The notes: a model not told the origin generated them from the sequence alone. DNA of 64,000 bases from Betaproteobacteria bacterium (GCA_016868255.1 VGHN01000004.1:39162-103161); one strand, 5' to 3'. Counted from the first letter of the stretch, positions 32,257 through 44,195 are shown. Numbers and translations: made by a program.

Positions 32257-33506
32257 TTCGACTCGGCCTCCTGCAGGCGCCTGGCAATTTCAATGACGAG
32301 ATTCGCCGCCTGAACGGCCTTGTCCCGACGCGGCCAAGGCGTTGTGTCGTCGGGGCCGCAAATCATCAATTCGGCGGACGACTTCTGCAGCGACTCGGTG
32401 GCAATGTTGCCCACCAATACATCGGCGGACTTGCGTTTGCGCTTGGCTTGCAGTGCCTCACCCATTCCACTGAGTTGACCAATCTCGGCGGCAAATCCAA
32501 CAGTGAACGGGCGCTGGCTGGGCGGGCGTGCGCCGACACCGGCCAAGATGTCGGGGCTCTCAATCCACTCGAGTGAGGCAAGGCTTCCGCCAGTCTCCTT
32601 CTTGATCTTGTCCTGGCGTGTCGCAATGGGTCGCCAGTCGGCCACTGCAGCCACCCCGATAAAGACATCGCTGGGGCCACAACTGGAGAGCGCCTGGTCG
32701 ACTGCAGCCTGCATCTCAAGGGCGGTGGTCACATCGAGCCGATTCACACCCATTGGAGTGGGAAGACTCACAGGGCCACTCACGAGAGTGACCTCGGCAC
32801 CGGCCTGGGCACAGGCCTGGGCAATTGCATAGCCCATCTGCCCACTCGATCGATTGGTGATGCCACGAACGGGATCGATGGGTTCGAAGGTGGGCCCTGC
32901 GGTGATCACCACACGCCGTTTGGACAGAAGGCCGCGAAGGGGTGGTGTCGATGGCCGCTCGATGGACTGCAAGGCCGCCTCGAGGTGGGCGATGATCTCG
33001 AGCGGTTCGAGCATTCGCCCATCGCCGGTCTCGCCGCAGGCCTGCTCTCCATTGCCGGGCCCCCAGATGCCCACGCCCCGCTCGCGCAGCAGGGCGACAT
33101 TGGCCTGCGTCGCTGGGTGAGACCACATCTGTCGGTTCATCGCGGGCGCCACCCATATGGGTCGATCGCTCGCGAGGCAGAGACTGCTTAGAAGGTCATT
33201 GGTCTGTCCGTTGACCATCCGCGCCATGAAGTCGGCCGTGGCCGGTGCAATTAGAATGCCGCTGGCCTCGCGCGAGAGGTCGATGTGGGGCATGCCGTTG
33301 TTGGCACCGGACCAGGGATCGGTCATGGCCGGTCGCCCCGAGAGGGCGGTGAAGCTTGCGGTGCCCACAAAGCGGCAGGCGGACTCGGTCATCACCACTT
33401 GAACACTGGCGCCTCGCTCGATGAGGCGACGAACGAGGTCGCAGGATTTGTAGGCGGCAATGCCGCCGGTGACACCGAGAACCAGGTGATGCCCTTGCAA
33501 TGTCAT
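32253..33506 (-). CDS. coaBC: Bifunctional phosphopantothenoylcysteine decarboxylase/ligase
   Basis: [53 protein letters not shown]. Confidence 0.95.
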   Translation of the reverse strand: MTLQGHHLVLGVTGGIAAYKSCDLVRRLIERGASVQVVMTESACRFVGTASFTALSGRPAMTDPWSGANNGMPHIDLSREASGILIAPATADFMARMVNGQTNDLLSSLCLASDRPIWVAPAMNRQMWSHPATQANVALLRERGVGIWGPGNGEQACGETGDGRMLEPLEIIAHLEAALQSIERPSTPPLRGLLSKRRVVITAGPTFEPIDPVRGITNRSSGQMGYAIAQACAQAGAEVTLVSGPVSLPTPMGVNRLDVTTALEMQAAVDQALSSCGPSDVFIGVAAVADWRPIATRQDKIKKETGGSLASLEWIESPDILAGVGARPPSQRPFTVGFAAEIGQLSGMGEALQAKRKRKSADVLVGNIATESLQKSSAELMICGPDDTTPWPRRDKAVQAANLVIEIARRLQEAESN

Positions 33507-34033
33507 TTGGGTGCCTCGCGTTTGACGCGTCGAAACTCATCTAGAATGAACAACACAGCACCCACTGTAATGGCGCTGTCGGCAATGTTAAAGGCCGGCC
33601 AATGCCAACCCGCCACATGCAGGTCGATGAAGTCGACCACCGCGCCAGTGGCGAGACGATCGATGAGATTTCCAATGGCCCCACCGATAATCAGGCTCGC
33701 CGAAGTGGCAAAGAGCGGCTGCTGGTGCCCTTTGCGAAGCATGACCACCAAAAAGCCGGTGATCCCCAGGGCCAGGGCAACGAAGAACCAGCGCTGCCAG
33801 CCGCCCGCGTCGGACAAGAAACTGAAGGCTGCCCCAGTATTGAGCACGTAGACCAGGTTGAAGAATCCAGTGATCTCCAGGCTCTCGCCGTAGGCGAAGC
33901 GATTGACCACCATGAGCTTGGTGAGTTGGTCGAGCCCGACGATGAGGAGGCTCAGCATGAGCCAAGGCATCATTCCCGACGGCGTGCGGCCCCGCCTTGT
34001 CATCGGGGTCGGGGAATCGTTGGTCCTAGGCAA
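33503..34033 (-). CDS. lspA: Lipoprotein signal peptidase II
   Basis: [32 protein letters not shown]. Confidence 0.95.
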   Translation of the reverse strand: MPRTNDSPTPMTRRGRTPSGMMPWLMLSLLIVGLDQLTKLMVVNRFAYGESLEITGFFNLVYVLNTGAAFSFLSDAGGWQRWFFVALALGITGFLVVMLRKGHQQPLFATSASLIIGGAIGNLIDRLATGAVVDFIDLHVAGWHWPAFNIADSAITVGAVLFILDEFRRVKREAPK

Positions 34034-36890
34034 AGAGCCGCCTCTCGCCCTGGCCGTTCAGATTGCCAACGCATCGACCACAGAGCAATGGGTGATCGTT
34101 TTTCGATCCGACATCGGCCCGCAGATGCCAGCATCGACTGCACTTGGTATGCGTCAGCGGACTGGCCTGGATTTTCAGTGCGCCATCGGCCGAGATCCGC
34201 AGGACCACTTCCGATGTGATCATCACAAAACGAAGCTCATCGCCCAGGCGCTCGAGCATGCCCAAGGTTTTTGCATCGGCCTCGATCTCGAGTCGCGCCT
34301 GCAGCGAGGAGCCCAAGGCACCTGCCTCGCGTGATTTCTCGATGGATCGCATGGCCTCCGCACGGATTGATCGAACCTGAGACCAACTGCTCAGCAACTC
34401 CTCGGCATCGGCGAACTCGGGCAAGGGAGCCGCGGTCTGCGCAAAGACCGACTCATCGGCCTCTCCTCGGTGAATGGTCCAGGCCTCGTGGGCTGTGAAC
34501 GAGGCAATCGGTGCGAGCAGGCGCAGAAGGCTCTCCGTGATGTGCCATAGCGCGGTCTGTGCCGAGCGACGCGCCTGTCCCGACTTCGGCGTGGTGTAGA
34601 GCCGGTCTTTGAGGATGTCTAGATAAAAGGCCCCCAGGTCTTCGGAGCAGAACGACGTGAGCCGCGCCACGGCCGGGTGAAAAGAGTAGGTGGCGTAGAG
34701 CCCCAAGACCTCGGTCTGCATCTGCCGCGCAAGGGCCACGGCATATCGATCGAGTTCGGCCATCTCGTCCCACTCGATGCGATCGGTGGCGGGGTTGAAG
34801 TCTGCAAGATTGCCGAGCAGGAATGTCAGGGTATTGCGAAGCCGTCGGTAGGCCTCGACAATGCGCTTGAGGATCGTGTCGGAAATCGACAACTCACCGG
34901 AGTAATCGGTGGCCGCCACCCAGAGGCGAAGAATGTCGGCGCCAAGTGTTTCAGAAATCTTTTGGGGCGCAATGACATTGCCCATCGATTTCGACATCTT
35001 GCGTCCCTCGCCATCCACAACAAAGCCGTGGGTGAGAAGCGCTTTGTAGGGAGGCTCGCCATTGATCATGCAGCTGGTGAGCAACGATGAATGAAACCAT
35101 CCTCGATGCTGGTCGCTGCCTTCAAGATAGAGGTCGGCGGGGAAAGCCGATGCATCTGCATGAGAGCCTCGCAAGACGGTGTCGTGCGTGGTGCCTGAGT
35201 CGAACCAGACATCCAGGGTGTCCTTGTTTTTCTCGTAGGCCGATGCCGGCCCCTCCAGGCCTGCGAGGAGTTCGCCCACAGTCAGTGACTGCCAGGCCTC
35301 AATTCCCTTGGCCTCAATCGCGCTGGCAACGCGCTCGAGAATCTCTGGGGTCTGGGGGTGCAGGGCACCGGTTTCTCTGTGCACCAGAAAGGCCATGGGG
35401 ACTCCCCACTGCCGTTGACGCGAGAGCGTCCAGTCGGGGCGATTGGCGATCATCGCGGAGAGCCGCGCCTTGCCCCAACTCGGGTAGAAGGCCGTGGCCT
35501 CAATGCCCGCCATGGCGAGTTCACGAAGGGTCTTGCCTCCATCGACGGGCTTGCGGTCCATGCCTGCGAACCACTGGCTGGTGGCCCGATAAATGATGGG
35601 CGACTTGTGTCGCCAGCAGTGCATGTAGCTGTGGCCATATTTCTTTTCGCGCATGAGGCTGCCGCAGCCACGCAAGGCCTCGACGATGACTGGGTTGGCC
35701 TTCCAAATATGCTGCCCTCCGAAGAGTGGAAGGCCCTCGACATAACGGCCATCGCCCATCACAGGGTTCAAGATATCCGCATCGGACTGGCCATCGTCTC
35801 GCCAGCTTTGAAAGTCATCCACACCGTAGGCGGGGGCAGAGTGAACGATGCCGGTACCGGTATCGAGCCCCACATAGTCGGCGGGAATCACTCGCGAGAA
35901 ACGCGCGAAGCCGGCGTGCGCATGAAAGAGGGGATGTTCAAACACCATGTCTTTGAGCAATGCGCCGGGCAGGCTTCCTATCACACGGCCCTCGAGCCCC
36001 CAGTCTTGCATGCAGGCTTCCAGCCGCTCCTTCGCGATGAGCAGCCATTGGAAGTGGGGGTGGGCGGCAATTTGAACCAGGGCAATTTCATGCTCGGGAT
36101 GAACATTGAGTGCGAGGTTCGCAGGCAGGGTCCACGGAGTGGTGGTCCAGATCACTGCTGCACCACGGCCCTTGAGTACGACGCCCGCGGCCTTCTCGAG
36201 CGCCTTGGCCGTGGCCTCTGGGCAGCCAAAGGCCACCTCCACGGCGGGATCGGTCTTCTCGGCATATTCCACCTCGGCCTCGGCCAGCGCAGAGCCGCAG
36301 TCGAAGCACCAGTTCACGGGCTTGAGTCCTCGAAAGACAAAGCCTTTCTCGACAATCGTTTTGAGGGCGCGGACTTCATCGGCCTCGTTTTGAAAATCCA
36401 TGGTCTTGTAGGGCCGGTCCCAATCGCCGAGCACGCCCAGGCGAATGAAGTCCAACTTCTGTCGCGCGATTTGCTCCTGCGCATAGGCCCTTGATTTCGC
36501 CTGGACCTCTGCGGTGGGAAGGCCCTTGCCAAACTTCTTCTCAATTTGAATCTCGATGGGCATCCCGTGGCAGTCCCAGCCTGGCACATAGCGGGCATCG
36601 AAGCCGGCCAGGGTCTTGGACTTGACGATCATGTCCTTGAGGATCTTGTTGACCGCATGGCCAATGTGAATGTCGCCATTGGCATAGGGCGGTCCATCGT
36701 GGAGAACAAAGAGAGGGCGGCCTGCAGTGATTTGGCGAATGCGTATGTAGACGCCTCGGTCTTGCCACTGCTTCACCCAGCCGGGCTCGCGTTTGGCGAG
36801 ATCCCCACGCATGGGGAAGGCCGACTCTGGGAGATTCAGTGTCTGGCGATACTGGCCGCCTTCGTTCGAAGCGTCTTTTTCTTGACTCAT
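34026..36890 (-). CDS. ileS: Isoleucine--tRNA ligase
   Basis: [38 protein letters not shown]-terminal Zn finger. Confidence 0.97.
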   Translation of the reverse strand: MSQEKDASNEGGQYRQTLNLPESAFPMRGDLAKREPGWVKQWQDRGVYIRIRQITAGRPLFVLHDGPPYANGDIHIGHAVNKILKDMIVKSKTLAGFDARYVPGWDCHGMPIEIQIEKKFGKGLPTAEVQAKSRAYAQEQIARQKLDFIRLGVLGDWDRPYKTMDFQNEADEVRALKTIVEKGFVFRGLKPVNWCFDCGSALAEAEVEYAEKTDPAVEVAFGCPEATAKALEKAAGVVLKGRGAAVIWTTTPWTLPANLALNVHPEHEIALVQIAAHPHFQWLLIAKERLEACMQDWGLEGRVIGSLPGALLKDMVFEHPLFHAHAGFARFSRVIPADYVGLDTGTGIVHSAPAYGVDDFQSWRDDGQSDADILNPVMGDGRYVEGLPLFGGQHIWKANPVIVEALRGCGSLMREKKYGHSYMHCWRHKSPIIYRATSQWFAGMDRKPVDGGKTLRELAMAGIEATAFYPSWGKARLSAMIANRPDWTLSRQRQWGVPMAFLVHRETGALHPQTPEILERVASAIEAKGIEAWQSLTVGELLAGLEGPASAYEKNKDTLDVWFDSGTTHDTVLRGSHADASAFPADLYLEGSDQHRGWFHSSLLTSCMINGEPPYKALLTHGFVVDGEGRKMSKSMGNVIAPQKISETLGADILRLWVAATDYSGELSISDTILKRIVEAYRRLRNTLTFLLGNLADFNPATDRIEWDEMAELDRYAVALARQMQTEVLGLYATYSFHPAVARLTSFCSEDLGAFYLDILKDRLYTTPKSGQARRSAQTALWHITESLLRLLAPIASFTAHEAWTIHRGEADESVFAQTAAPLPEFADAEELLSSWSQVRSIRAEAMRSIEKSREAGALGSSLQARLEIEADAKTLGMLERLGDELRFVMITSEVVLRISADGALKIQASPLTHTKCSRCWHLRADVGSKNDHPLLCGRCVGNLNGQGERRLFA

Positions 36891-37858
36891 TGTTTCAGCT
36901 GCTCACGCGCCTGGGCGAGGTCCTTTTGCATTTGTTGGGTCATTGCCGAGAGGCTCTCGAAGTGGGCCTCTGGGCGAATAAAGTCCACTAGCGTGACACA
37001 AACATCGCGCCCATAGGCGTCGCCTTCCCAGTCAAAGACAAAGACCTCAAGCAGCATGCGTCCGGCGTTCTCCACCGTGGGGCGGCGGCCAAGGCTTGCG
37101 ACGCCAGCGCGTCTCTGGCCCCCAAGGCCATCGACCCAGACCGAGAAGATGCCCGAGATGGCCAAGTCGTTGGGCATGCGCAGATTGAGCGTTGGGAATC
37201 CCAGGGTGCGGCCGAGCTGCTGGCCGCGTTGAACACGGCCCCGAAGCGCTACGCCGTGGCCAAGGCATTCGATGGCCTCTTGCCATTGGCCGGCTTCAAA
37301 GTGGTCACGAATGCGACTGCTCGAGACCACACCTTTTTCATCGCGCACTGCGGGAATAACCGAGACGGCAAAACCCAGGCTGCGCCCAAGCCGCTCGAGC
37401 AAATCGGTATCGCCTTGTCGGCGGTGACCAAATCGGAAGGCCTCTCCCACGGAGAGATGGCGCATGCCAAGTCCTTCCACCAAGAGATTGCGCACGAAGT
37501 CCTCGGCGGCCATCTCTGAGAGTGAGCGATTGAAGGCCAGCAGTCGGCATTCATCGATACCCATAGAGTCCAGGAGGGCGAGTTTGTCTCGCAGGGGCAG
37601 GATGCGAGCGAGCCGCACGCTGCGGTTGAAGAAGCGGCGCGGGTGGGGATAGAAACTAAGAAGCGTGGCAGTCAATGAGTCTCTGCGCGCAACCATGCAG
37701 GTGGTTTGAATCAGTGCCTGATGACCAAGATGAATGCCGTCGAAACTGCCGATCGTGATCGCCCGCCCGATGGGCACATGGGCGCCGAGATTCGCGTTCG
37801 AGGCGGCATTGAGCGACAGGGAAGGGGAGAGCGGTGGGAGCCCGCGGCAGGTGCGCAT
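36887..37858 (-). CDS. ribF: Riboflavin kinase / FAD synthetase
   Basis: [34 protein letters not shown]; start uncertain. Confidence 0.94.
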   Translation of the reverse strand: MRTCRGLPPLSPSLSLNAASNANLGAHVPIGRAITIGSFDGIHLGHQALIQTTCMVARRDSLTATLLSFYPHPRRFFNRSVRLARILPLRDKLALLDSMGIDECRLLAFNRSLSEMAAEDFVRNLLVEGLGMRHLSVGEAFRFGHRRQGDTDLLERLGRSLGFAVSVIPAVRDEKGVVSSSRIRDHFEAGQWQEAIECLGHGVALRGRVQRGQQLGRTLGFPTLNLRMPNDLAISGIFSVWVDGLGGQRRAGVASLGRRPTVENAGRMLLEVFVFDWEGDAYGRDVCVTLVDFIRPEAHFESLSAMTQQMQKDLAQAREQLKQ

Positions 37859-37900
37859 AAGGGCAGCTTGGAAAAGGCCTGATTATAAATCGCTCTTACA

Positions 37901-38596
37901 ATGGCCTTGGTGCGCACTCGACTCTCGGTTCTTATCTCTGGACGCGGCAGCAACATGCTGGCCTTGGCAGACTGGCTGGACCGGCACGACTTCCCCATTG
38001 AGATTGTTCAGGTCCTCTCCAATAAGCCAGAGGCTGCCGGACTCGAACTCGCCCGCAATAGGGGCCTCTCTGCAGAGGCACTCGACCATCGAGCCTTTGC
38101 CTCTCGAGAGGCTTACGATGCCGCACTGGCCGATCGCATTGAATCGGTGAAGCCCGATTGGATCGTGATGGCCGGCTTCATGCGCATCCTCACCGAAGGT
38201 TTCTGCGCGCGCTTTGCGCGTCGAATGCTCAATATTCACCCCTCGCTGCTGCCTGCCTATGTGGGCCTTCATACCCACGAGCGTGCCTTGGCCGATGGCG
38301 TGCGCTTTCATGGCCTCACTGTCCACGGTGTCACGCCCACACTCGACCACGGCCCCATTCTTGCGCAGGCCTTGGTGCCGGTCTTGCCAACCGATACTGC
38401 GGAGTCGCTCGCCGCCCGGGTCTTGGAGATGGAGCATCGGGTCTATCCCCAGGCCATCGCGGCGGCCGCCTCGGGTCGAATGCAATGGACCGATGAGGGA
38501 TGGCGCCCTGGCCAGTCCCGTCCCGGTTTCGAGTCCCTGTCCTTCTCGCCCTGGCATCTGCATCCCACGCTCTTGGATGCGGGCGAAGGCCATTGA
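37901..38596 (+). CDS. purN: Phosphoribosylglycinamide formyltransferase
   Basis: LISGRGSN, AGFMRIL, NIHPSLLP, LDHGPI; alternative GTG start at 37910. Confidence 0.95.
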   Translation: MALVRTRLSVLISGRGSNMLALADWLDRHDFPIEIVQVLSNKPEAAGLELARNRGLSAEALDHRAFASREAYDAALADRIESVKPDWIVMAGFMRILTEGFCARFARRMLNIHPSLLPAYVGLHTHERALADGVRFHGLTVHGVTPTLDHGPILAQALVPVLPTDTAESLAARVLEMEHRVYPQAIAAAASGRMQWTDEGWRPGQSRPGFESLSFSPWHLHPTLLDAGEGH

Positions 38597-40056
38597 AGTC
38601 CTCGACCAAGTCTTCCGGCAAGGTGGCTGGCAAGTCCCCCGGCAAGGTTGCTGGCAAGTCGGGTCCCATTCGCCATTCCGACCGCAAGGCCCAGCGCAAC
38701 GAGCGGGGCGCTCGGCCCGGCGCCAAGTCGCGAAGCGCTTCCGGTGGCATGGGGGGCAACGATCGAATTGATCGGCTCGGGCAGTTGCTCGAGGAGATGG
38801 TGGGCTTTGCCCAGCCACTCGATGTCTTTCTCTCAACGGTCTTGCGGGCCGACCCGTCACTGGGCTCGAAGGAGCGCCAGTTTCTGGCCGAAGGAATTAT
38901 GGCCGCCACCCGGCACTGGGGCAGTTGGCGGCGCATCGTGGCCGAGGGGGAATTTGCAAAGTCCACCGCTCAACGACGACTGGCCCTCTTGGCCGCCGAG
39001 GCCTCGGTGGGACTCTCTCGAATTGTCAGTGAGATGTCCTTGGCGGAGCGAGATTGGCTCTTGCGTGCGATCGACGCCCATGCGTCCCAGCCCCACCCCG
39101 CCGACCGCTGGAGCCTTCCCAAGTGGATCTTCAACGATTGGCTTGAACAGCTTGGCACCGAGGAGGCTGCGGCTCTTGCGCAAGCCATGGCCGAGTCGGC
39201 CAGCCTCGATCTGCGGGTCAACACCATGAAAGCCAGTGTTTCAGAGGTTCTCCAGACCCTCGAGGCCAACGGAATCAAGGCCCAGTCCATTGGAGTCTTG
39301 GGTGAAGCCCTGCGTGTAGAGGGGCGACCGGCCCTGGGTCGTCTTGCCTTATTCGAAGCCGGGGGCTTCGAGGTCCAAGACCTCGGCAGCCAACTCCTGG
39401 CCCGGGCAAGCGCGCCCAAGCGGGGCAGCCTGGTGGTGGATTTCTGTGCGGGGGCCGGCGGCAAGACACTCGCATTGGGTGCCCTAATGCGCAATACCGG
39501 CCGCCTCTACGCGCTCGACCGCTCGGCCCCCCGACTTGCGCGACTCAAGCCCCGTCTCTCTCGCAGTGGGCTCTCGAATGTCTGGCCCATTGCCATTTCG
39601 GGTTCCCGCGATGATCGGGTGAAACGCTTAAAGGGCAAGGCCGACATGGTCTTGGTCGATGCCCCATGTACCGGCCTTGGGACCCTTCGCCGAAATCCCG
39701 ATTTGAAGTGGCGTCAGAGCCCCGAGACCCAGGCCCAGCTCATTGCGCAGCAGGCCGAGATTCTCGATGCAGCTGCATCACTGCTCGCACCCGGGGGGCG
39801 GTTGCTCTATGCCACCTGCAGCACCTCCGTGGCCGAGAACGAGGCCCAGGTGGAGGCCTTTTTGGAGCGACACCCGGAATTCGAGCGCCAGAGGCTCGAG
39901 GCGGCCTTCGAGCGACTCGAAATCAGTCTGCCGAGCGCCTGGCGGGCCTTTAATTCCAGCGGAGACCTGCGCCTCTGGCCGCATCGCACGGAAACCGATG
40001 GTTTTTATGGGTCTTTGTTGGTGAGAAAGCCGCTTAGTGGGACAATAGGCCGTTAA
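38593..40056 (+). CDS. RsmB/NOP family m5C RNA methyltransferase
   Basis: EVQDLGSQ, DFCAGAGGKT, VDAPCTGLG, YATCS, ENE; start TTG 38593 or ATG 38749. Confidence 0.9.
   Translation: MKSSTKSSGKVAGKSPGKVAGKSGPIRHSDRKAQRNERGARPGAKSRSASGGMGGNDRIDRLGQLLEEMVGFAQPLDVFLSTVLRADPSLGSKERQFLAEGIMAATRHWGSWRRIVAEGEFAKSTAQRRLALLAAEASVGLSRIVSEMSLAERDWLLRAIDAHASQPHPADRWSLPKWIFNDWLEQLGTEEAAALAQAMAESASLDLRVNTMKASVSEVLQTLEANGIKAQSIGVLGEALRVEGRPALGRLALFEAGGFEVQDLGSQLLARASAPKRGSLVVDFCAGAGGKTLALGALMRNTGRLYALDRSAPRLARLKPRLSRSGLSNVWPIAISGSRDDRVKRLKGKADMVLVDAPCTGLGTLRRNPDLKWRQSPETQAQLIAQQAEILDAAASLLAPGGRLLYATCSTSVAENEAQVEAFLERHPEFERQRLEAAFERLEISLPSAWRAFNSSGDLRLWPHRTETDGFYGSLLVRKPLSGTIGR
38607..38660 (+). repeat. 24-bp tandem repeat encoding KSxGKVAG
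   Basis: GGCAAGGTGGCTGGCAAGTC at 38617 and GGCAAGGTTGCTGGCAAGTC at 38641. Confidence 0.75.
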
Positions 40057-40070
40057 ATATTTTGGAAGGA

Positions 40071-41138
40071 ATGGATTTGGAAGCGTTCGTCGACTTTTTG
40101 GCTTATGGAGTCACTGGTTGGAATTGGCTCGAGATTGTGGTCTTCACTTTGGTGGTTACCCATATCACCATCGCGGGTGTCACCATCTACTTGCACCGTT
40201 GCCAGGCCCACCGCGCCGTTGAGCTCCACCCAATCGTTTCGCATTTCTTCCGTTTCTGGATGTGGCTGACCACCGGAATGGTCACGGCCGAATGGGCCTC
40301 CATCCATCGCAAGCACCACGCCAAGTGCGAAACCCCCCTGGATCCGCACAGCCCGCAGGTCGAAGGCCTCCCCACCGTCATGTGGCAGGGCGCAGATCTC
40401 TACCGCCTCGAGGCCAAAAACAAAGAGACCCTCGAGCGCTACAGCCACGGTTGCCCAGACGACTGGATCGAGCGCAATCTCTACACCAAGCACAGCGCCA
40501 TGGGCGTTGCCCTCATGATGGTGATCAATGTCTTGCTCATGGGTGCGGCCGGCGTGGCCGTCTGGGCGGTTCAGATGATGTGGATCCCATTCTTTGCCGC
40601 CGGCATTATCAATGGGGTGGGGCACTTCTGGGGTTATCGCAACTTCAAGAGCCCCGATGCCAGCACCAACATCCTCCCCTGGGGCATCCTCATTGGTGGG
40701 GAAGAGCTTCACAACAACCACCATTCGTATGCCACCTCACCAAAGCTCTCTGCGAAGTGGTACGAGTTCGATATTGGTTGGGCCTACATTCGCACGCTTC
40801 AAATGCTGGGGCTTGCCAAGCCCCGTGCCCTCCCGCCGGCTGTGCAGGTCATCCCGGCGAAAGTGGAAATCGATGCCGCGACCATCCAGGCCGTGCTCTC
40901 CACCAAGTACGAGCAGCTTGCTCGACTCTCGAAGGCCGTCTCTAAAGACTTGAACGCCAAGACCAGCGAGATGCGCGATTCATTCGAGGCCATCTGGGCC
41001 CAGCGCAGCCTCACTCTGGAGCAGGCTGTGGCAGCGTTGTCCGCCTGGTGTCAGCAGGCCGAAGCCAGTGGAAGCGCGGCGTTGGAGCAGTTCGCCAAGC
41101 GTATTCGCTCACTGCACCTTCCTCAGGTCACTGCTTAA
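40071..41138 (+). CDS. Delta-9 fatty acid desaturase (DesA family)
   Basis: His boxes HRCQAH, HRKHH, HNNHH; TM segments; helical C-terminal tail. Confidence 0.93.
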   Translation: MDLEAFVDFLAYGVTGWNWLEIVVFTLVVTHITIAGVTIYLHRCQAHRAVELHPIVSHFFRFWMWLTTGMVTAEWASIHRKHHAKCETPLDPHSPQVEGLPTVMWQGADLYRLEAKNKETLERYSHGCPDDWIERNLYTKHSAMGVALMMVINVLLMGAAGVAVWAVQMMWIPFFAAGIINGVGHFWGYRNFKSPDASTNILPWGILIGGEELHNNHHSYATSPKLSAKWYEFDIGWAYIRTLQMLGLAKPRALPPAVQVIPAKVEIDAATIQAVLSTKYEQLARLSKAVSKDLNAKTSEMRDSFEAIWAQRSLTLEQAVAALSAWCQQAEASGSAALEQFAKRIRSLHLPQVTA

Positions 41139-41179
41139 GTTCGCGAGTGGCTTAAGTTCTCGCGGTCTTTGCTCGTTGG

Positions 41180-42658
41180 TCAGCGAACGGTGAGTCGGGC
41201 CTGACCTTTTGAGTCGGTGACCAGCACTCGGGCTCTCGAGGGTTCCACTCTAATCTCCGTTCCCACCCGGGGCTCTCCGGCCAGCTCATTGAGTTCCCGC
41301 AGTTTGGCTGCAGTGGTGCCAAACCTTTTGGCAATGACCGCCAAGGTGTCCCGCTTGCGCACCTTATAGGTTCGACCCGGAATCATTACCTTCTCAATGG
41401 TTTTGGCCCCGGTGAACCGGGCCAAGGCGGTCTCCAGCGCCATTGCATCGTCTTCGTCCACCAAGGGCGCGAGTAGAACCGTTCCGGGCAACAACTGGAC
41501 ATTGGCGTTCTTGAGGCCGTTGGCCTTGGCCAGCGTCTCTGGGGAGACATCGGCCTTGCGAGCCAGCGACTGCAACGTTTCGGATTTGCCGAGGGTATAG
41601 GGCTTCCAGCTCACCAGGGGCGCCTTCTGCGCCACATACTCTTCGAAATTCTGTTGGTATCGCTGCGCCTTCTCAATGGGCAGAACAATACGGTTGGTTC
41701 GACTCACGGTAATCACCGGTCGACGCAGATGCGGGTTCAGCGACTGAAAGTCCTCGATGGACATCTCTGCGAGCGCAGCAGCCAACGATAGATCAATCGA
41801 TACGGTTTTCTCGATGGCCGTGAAATAGGGCTTGTCTTCAATGAACGGCAACTCCACACCATAGGCCGATGGATTGCGAAGGACATTGCGAAGGGCCACG
41901 AGTTTGGGTACATAGTTTCGAGTCTCCTTGGGCAGCTTGATACTCAGGAAGTCTCCCTTCTTGCCGCGTGCCTTGCTCTGTTTGACCGCACGACGCACGG
42001 CATTTTCGCCACGGTTGTAGGAGGCCAGCGTGAGGAACCAGTCGCCCTCAGTGATCTCGTGAATGCGCTGAAGATAGTCGAGCGCGGCGCGGGTCGATTC
42101 GATGACATCGCGGCGGTCGTCTTGCCACCAGTTCTGGGACAGATCAAAGGCGCGGCCGGTTGCTGGCATGAACTGCCAGAGGCCTGCCGCCTTGGCGCGA
42201 GATGTCGCCTCGGGATTGAATGCACTCTCCACTATGGGAAGCAGGGCAAGCTCGGCAGGCAGTCTGCGCGCCTCAATCTCCTCCATGATGTGGTGGAGGT
42301 AGCGCCCTCCGCGGTCAAAGACCCGTTTGAGGTAGTCGGGGTTGGCAGCAATTTGTCGGGCATGCCGCTGAACGATGGGGTCGTTGAGTTCTGGAAGAGA
42401 GAACTGCCCGCGAATTCGATCAATCAGGTTTGCACCGACGGCTGCACCGATACTCGGTAGCGGCAGGCTGCTGCTCTCCGATACACCGCTTGCGCTCGCA
42501 TTTGGAACGACAGCGTTGCTTGTGGTTGTTGCGCCGACGGGTGTCGATGAGGCCGTGGTGCTCGAGATGGGCGCGGCACTATGGGGCCCTTCTGTGGTGG
42601 CGCATCCATGAAGCAGCATTAGACTTGCAAGCAAGCCGAGCGAGCCGCGCCCTCGCAT
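41180..42658 (-). CDS. mltD: Membrane-bound lytic transglycosylase D (SLT + LysM)
   Basis: Lipobox LLHGC, LLPIVESAF, GLWQFMP, ASYN.GE, ETRNYVPK, LysM repeats. Confidence 0.9.
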   Translation of the reverse strand: MRGRGSLGLLASLMLLHGCATTEGPHSAAPISSTTASSTPVGATTTSNAVVPNASASGVSESSSLPLPSIGAAVGANLIDRIRGQFSLPELNDPIVQRHARQIAANPDYLKRVFDRGGRYLHHIMEEIEARRLPAELALLPIVESAFNPEATSRAKAAGLWQFMPATGRAFDLSQNWWQDDRRDVIESTRAALDYLQRIHEITEGDWFLTLASYNRGENAVRRAVKQSKARGKKGDFLSIKLPKETRNYVPKLVALRNVLRNPSAYGVELPFIEDKPYFTAIEKTVSIDLSLAAALAEMSIEDFQSLNPHLRRPVITVSRTNRIVLPIEKAQRYQQNFEEYVAQKAPLVSWKPYTLGKSETLQSLARKADVSPETLAKANGLKNANVQLLPGTVLLAPLVDEDDAMALETALARFTGAKTIEKVMIPGRTYKVRKRDTLAVIAKRFGTTAAKLRELNELAGEPRVGTEIRVEPSRARVLVTDSKGQARLTVR

Positions 42659-42668
42659 GGCCGAGCCT

Positions 42669-43409
42669 TCAAGCAGCACGAAAGACATCCTTGGCTTGGC
42701 GCAGGGCCGTGAATTCATCAAGGCTTTGGGCCAAAAGAAACGGGTTGGTCTGCAGTTCTGTTTCAAGTCGGCTCGGAAGAGTGGAGCGGTTGGCTTCCCT
42801 CAGTGAGATCACCTCGGTGAGTCGTGCCTGCACTTCAGAAGAATCGGGCAGGGCATGGGCAGCAAACTTCATGTTCGATAGGGTGTATTCGTGGGCACAG
42901 TGAACCATGGTCTCGGGAGGTAGGCCTTTAAACCGCTCCAGGGAGGTGTGGAGTTGTGCTGCCGTGCCACCGAGCAGTCGACCGCATCCACCCGCAAAGA
43001 GTGTGTCTCCACAAAAAAGCCGGGGCTGCGAATCTGCAACAAAGCCGAAGTAGGCAATGTGGTCTTGGGTGTGACCAGGAACTTCCATGACCTGGAGGCG
43101 AATATTCAGTGATTGAAACTCAACGACATCGCCCTCTCTCACTGCGCGATTCACGCCGTGGGCCTGGCAGAACGCAGGACCATAAATAGGAAGATTTTCA
43201 CACCCTGCGAAGTCCACCAGCGACTCAATGCCGCCGGTGTGGTCCGCATGGTGATGCGTAATGAGGATGCCGGCGAGCGAGTCACCCGACGCCTTTAAAT
43301 ACGCGACAACCGGCGCGGCGTCGCCCGGGTCGACCACGACCAGTTGCCGGTCTTCCGCAAGGCCCCAGATGATATTGTCTGTGAAAGCGGGAATCTCGAT
43401 GACATCCAT
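42669..43409 (-). CDS. gloB: Hydroxyacylglutathione hydrolase
   Basis: THHHADHTGG, PGHT, FCGDTLFAGGCGR, CAHEYT, NPFL. Confidence 0.95.
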   Translation of the reverse strand: MDVIEIPAFTDNIIWGLAEDRQLVVVDPGDAAPVVAYLKASGDSLAGILITHHHADHTGGIESLVDFAGCENLPIYGPAFCQAHGVNRAVREGDVVEFQSLNIRLQVMEVPGHTQDHIAYFGFVADSQPRLFCGDTLFAGGCGRLLGGTAAQLHTSLERFKGLPPETMVHCAHEYTLSNMKFAAHALPDSSEVQARLTEVISLREANRSTLPSRLETELQTNPFLLAQSLDEFTALRQAKDVFRAA

Positions 43410-43445
43410 TCCTTCGATCCTAAAACCAATGCAAGACCCTCTATT

Positions 43446-44195
43446 GTGACTCGAACCGAGCGAAATCCGTTTCATTCCTGGGATCGTTGGTTCGATGGGC
43501 CAATGGGCCAGTGCCTGCTGAATTTGGAGCAGGGCTGGATCGATTCGCAAGTTCAAGACACCTTTGGCTATGAGGCATTTCAGATCGGGCCCAGTCGACT
43601 CGATGCCCTTCGCAACAATCGCATACTCAATCGAAGACGCATCTCACTTTTTGCCCCCAAGGCCGCTGACTTCGCGGTGGAAGACCAACCCGAACTCGTC
43701 TGCTCTCCGACCAGTCTTCCCATTGAATCCGAGAGCGCCGACCTCCTGGTCCTCGCCCACGCATTGGAGGTCTGCCAAGACCCCCATGCACTGGTGCGCG
43801 AAGCCGATCGCATTCTCATTCCAGAGGGCCGACTCGTGGTCGTGGGCCTCAATCCAATGAGCCTCTGGTCCCTGCACCGCCCGGTCGCATCGGTTCGCTT
43901 CCCTGCTGCGGAGTTGCACTGGATCTCCACGGGGCGACTGCGAGATTGGTGCCGACTGCTCGACCTCTCTGTGGAAGCCGGTGCCATGGGAATGTATCGG
44001 CCCGTCTGCCAGACCCAACGAGGCTTGGATCGACTCGAGTGGATGGAGTCAGCGGGCGGCCGTTGGTGGCCTGCGCTTGGGGCGGCCTATTGCATCACTG
44101 CGGTCAAGCGGCGGGCTGGCATGCGGCTTCTGAGTGCGAAGTGGAAGAAGACCCAGCAGTCTTCGGTGGGTCAGGTGATAGGGCGGCCTGTATGA
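43446..44195 (+). CDS. Class I SAM-dependent methyltransferase (YafS-like)
   Basis: [31 protein letters not shown]; gloB-yafS-rnhA context; GTG start estimated. Confidence 0.85.
   Translation: MTRTERNPFHSWDRWFDGPMGQCLLNLEQGWIDSQVQDTFGYEAFQIGPSRLDALRNNRILNRRRISLFAPKAADFAVEDQPELVCSPTSLPIESESADLLVLAHALEVCQDPHALVREADRILIPEGRLVVVGLNPMSLWSLHRPVASVRFPAAELHWISTGRLRDWCRLLDLSVEAGAMGMYRPVCQTQRGLDRLEWMESAGGRWWPALGAAYCITAVKRRAGMRLLSAKWKKTQQSSVGQVIGRPV

Noticed and set aside
40960-41138. Desaturase C-terminal helical tail resembling an ISL3 transposase segment
   Set aside because: Known tail of proteobacterial DesA desaturases; no DDE core, inverted repeats or target duplication
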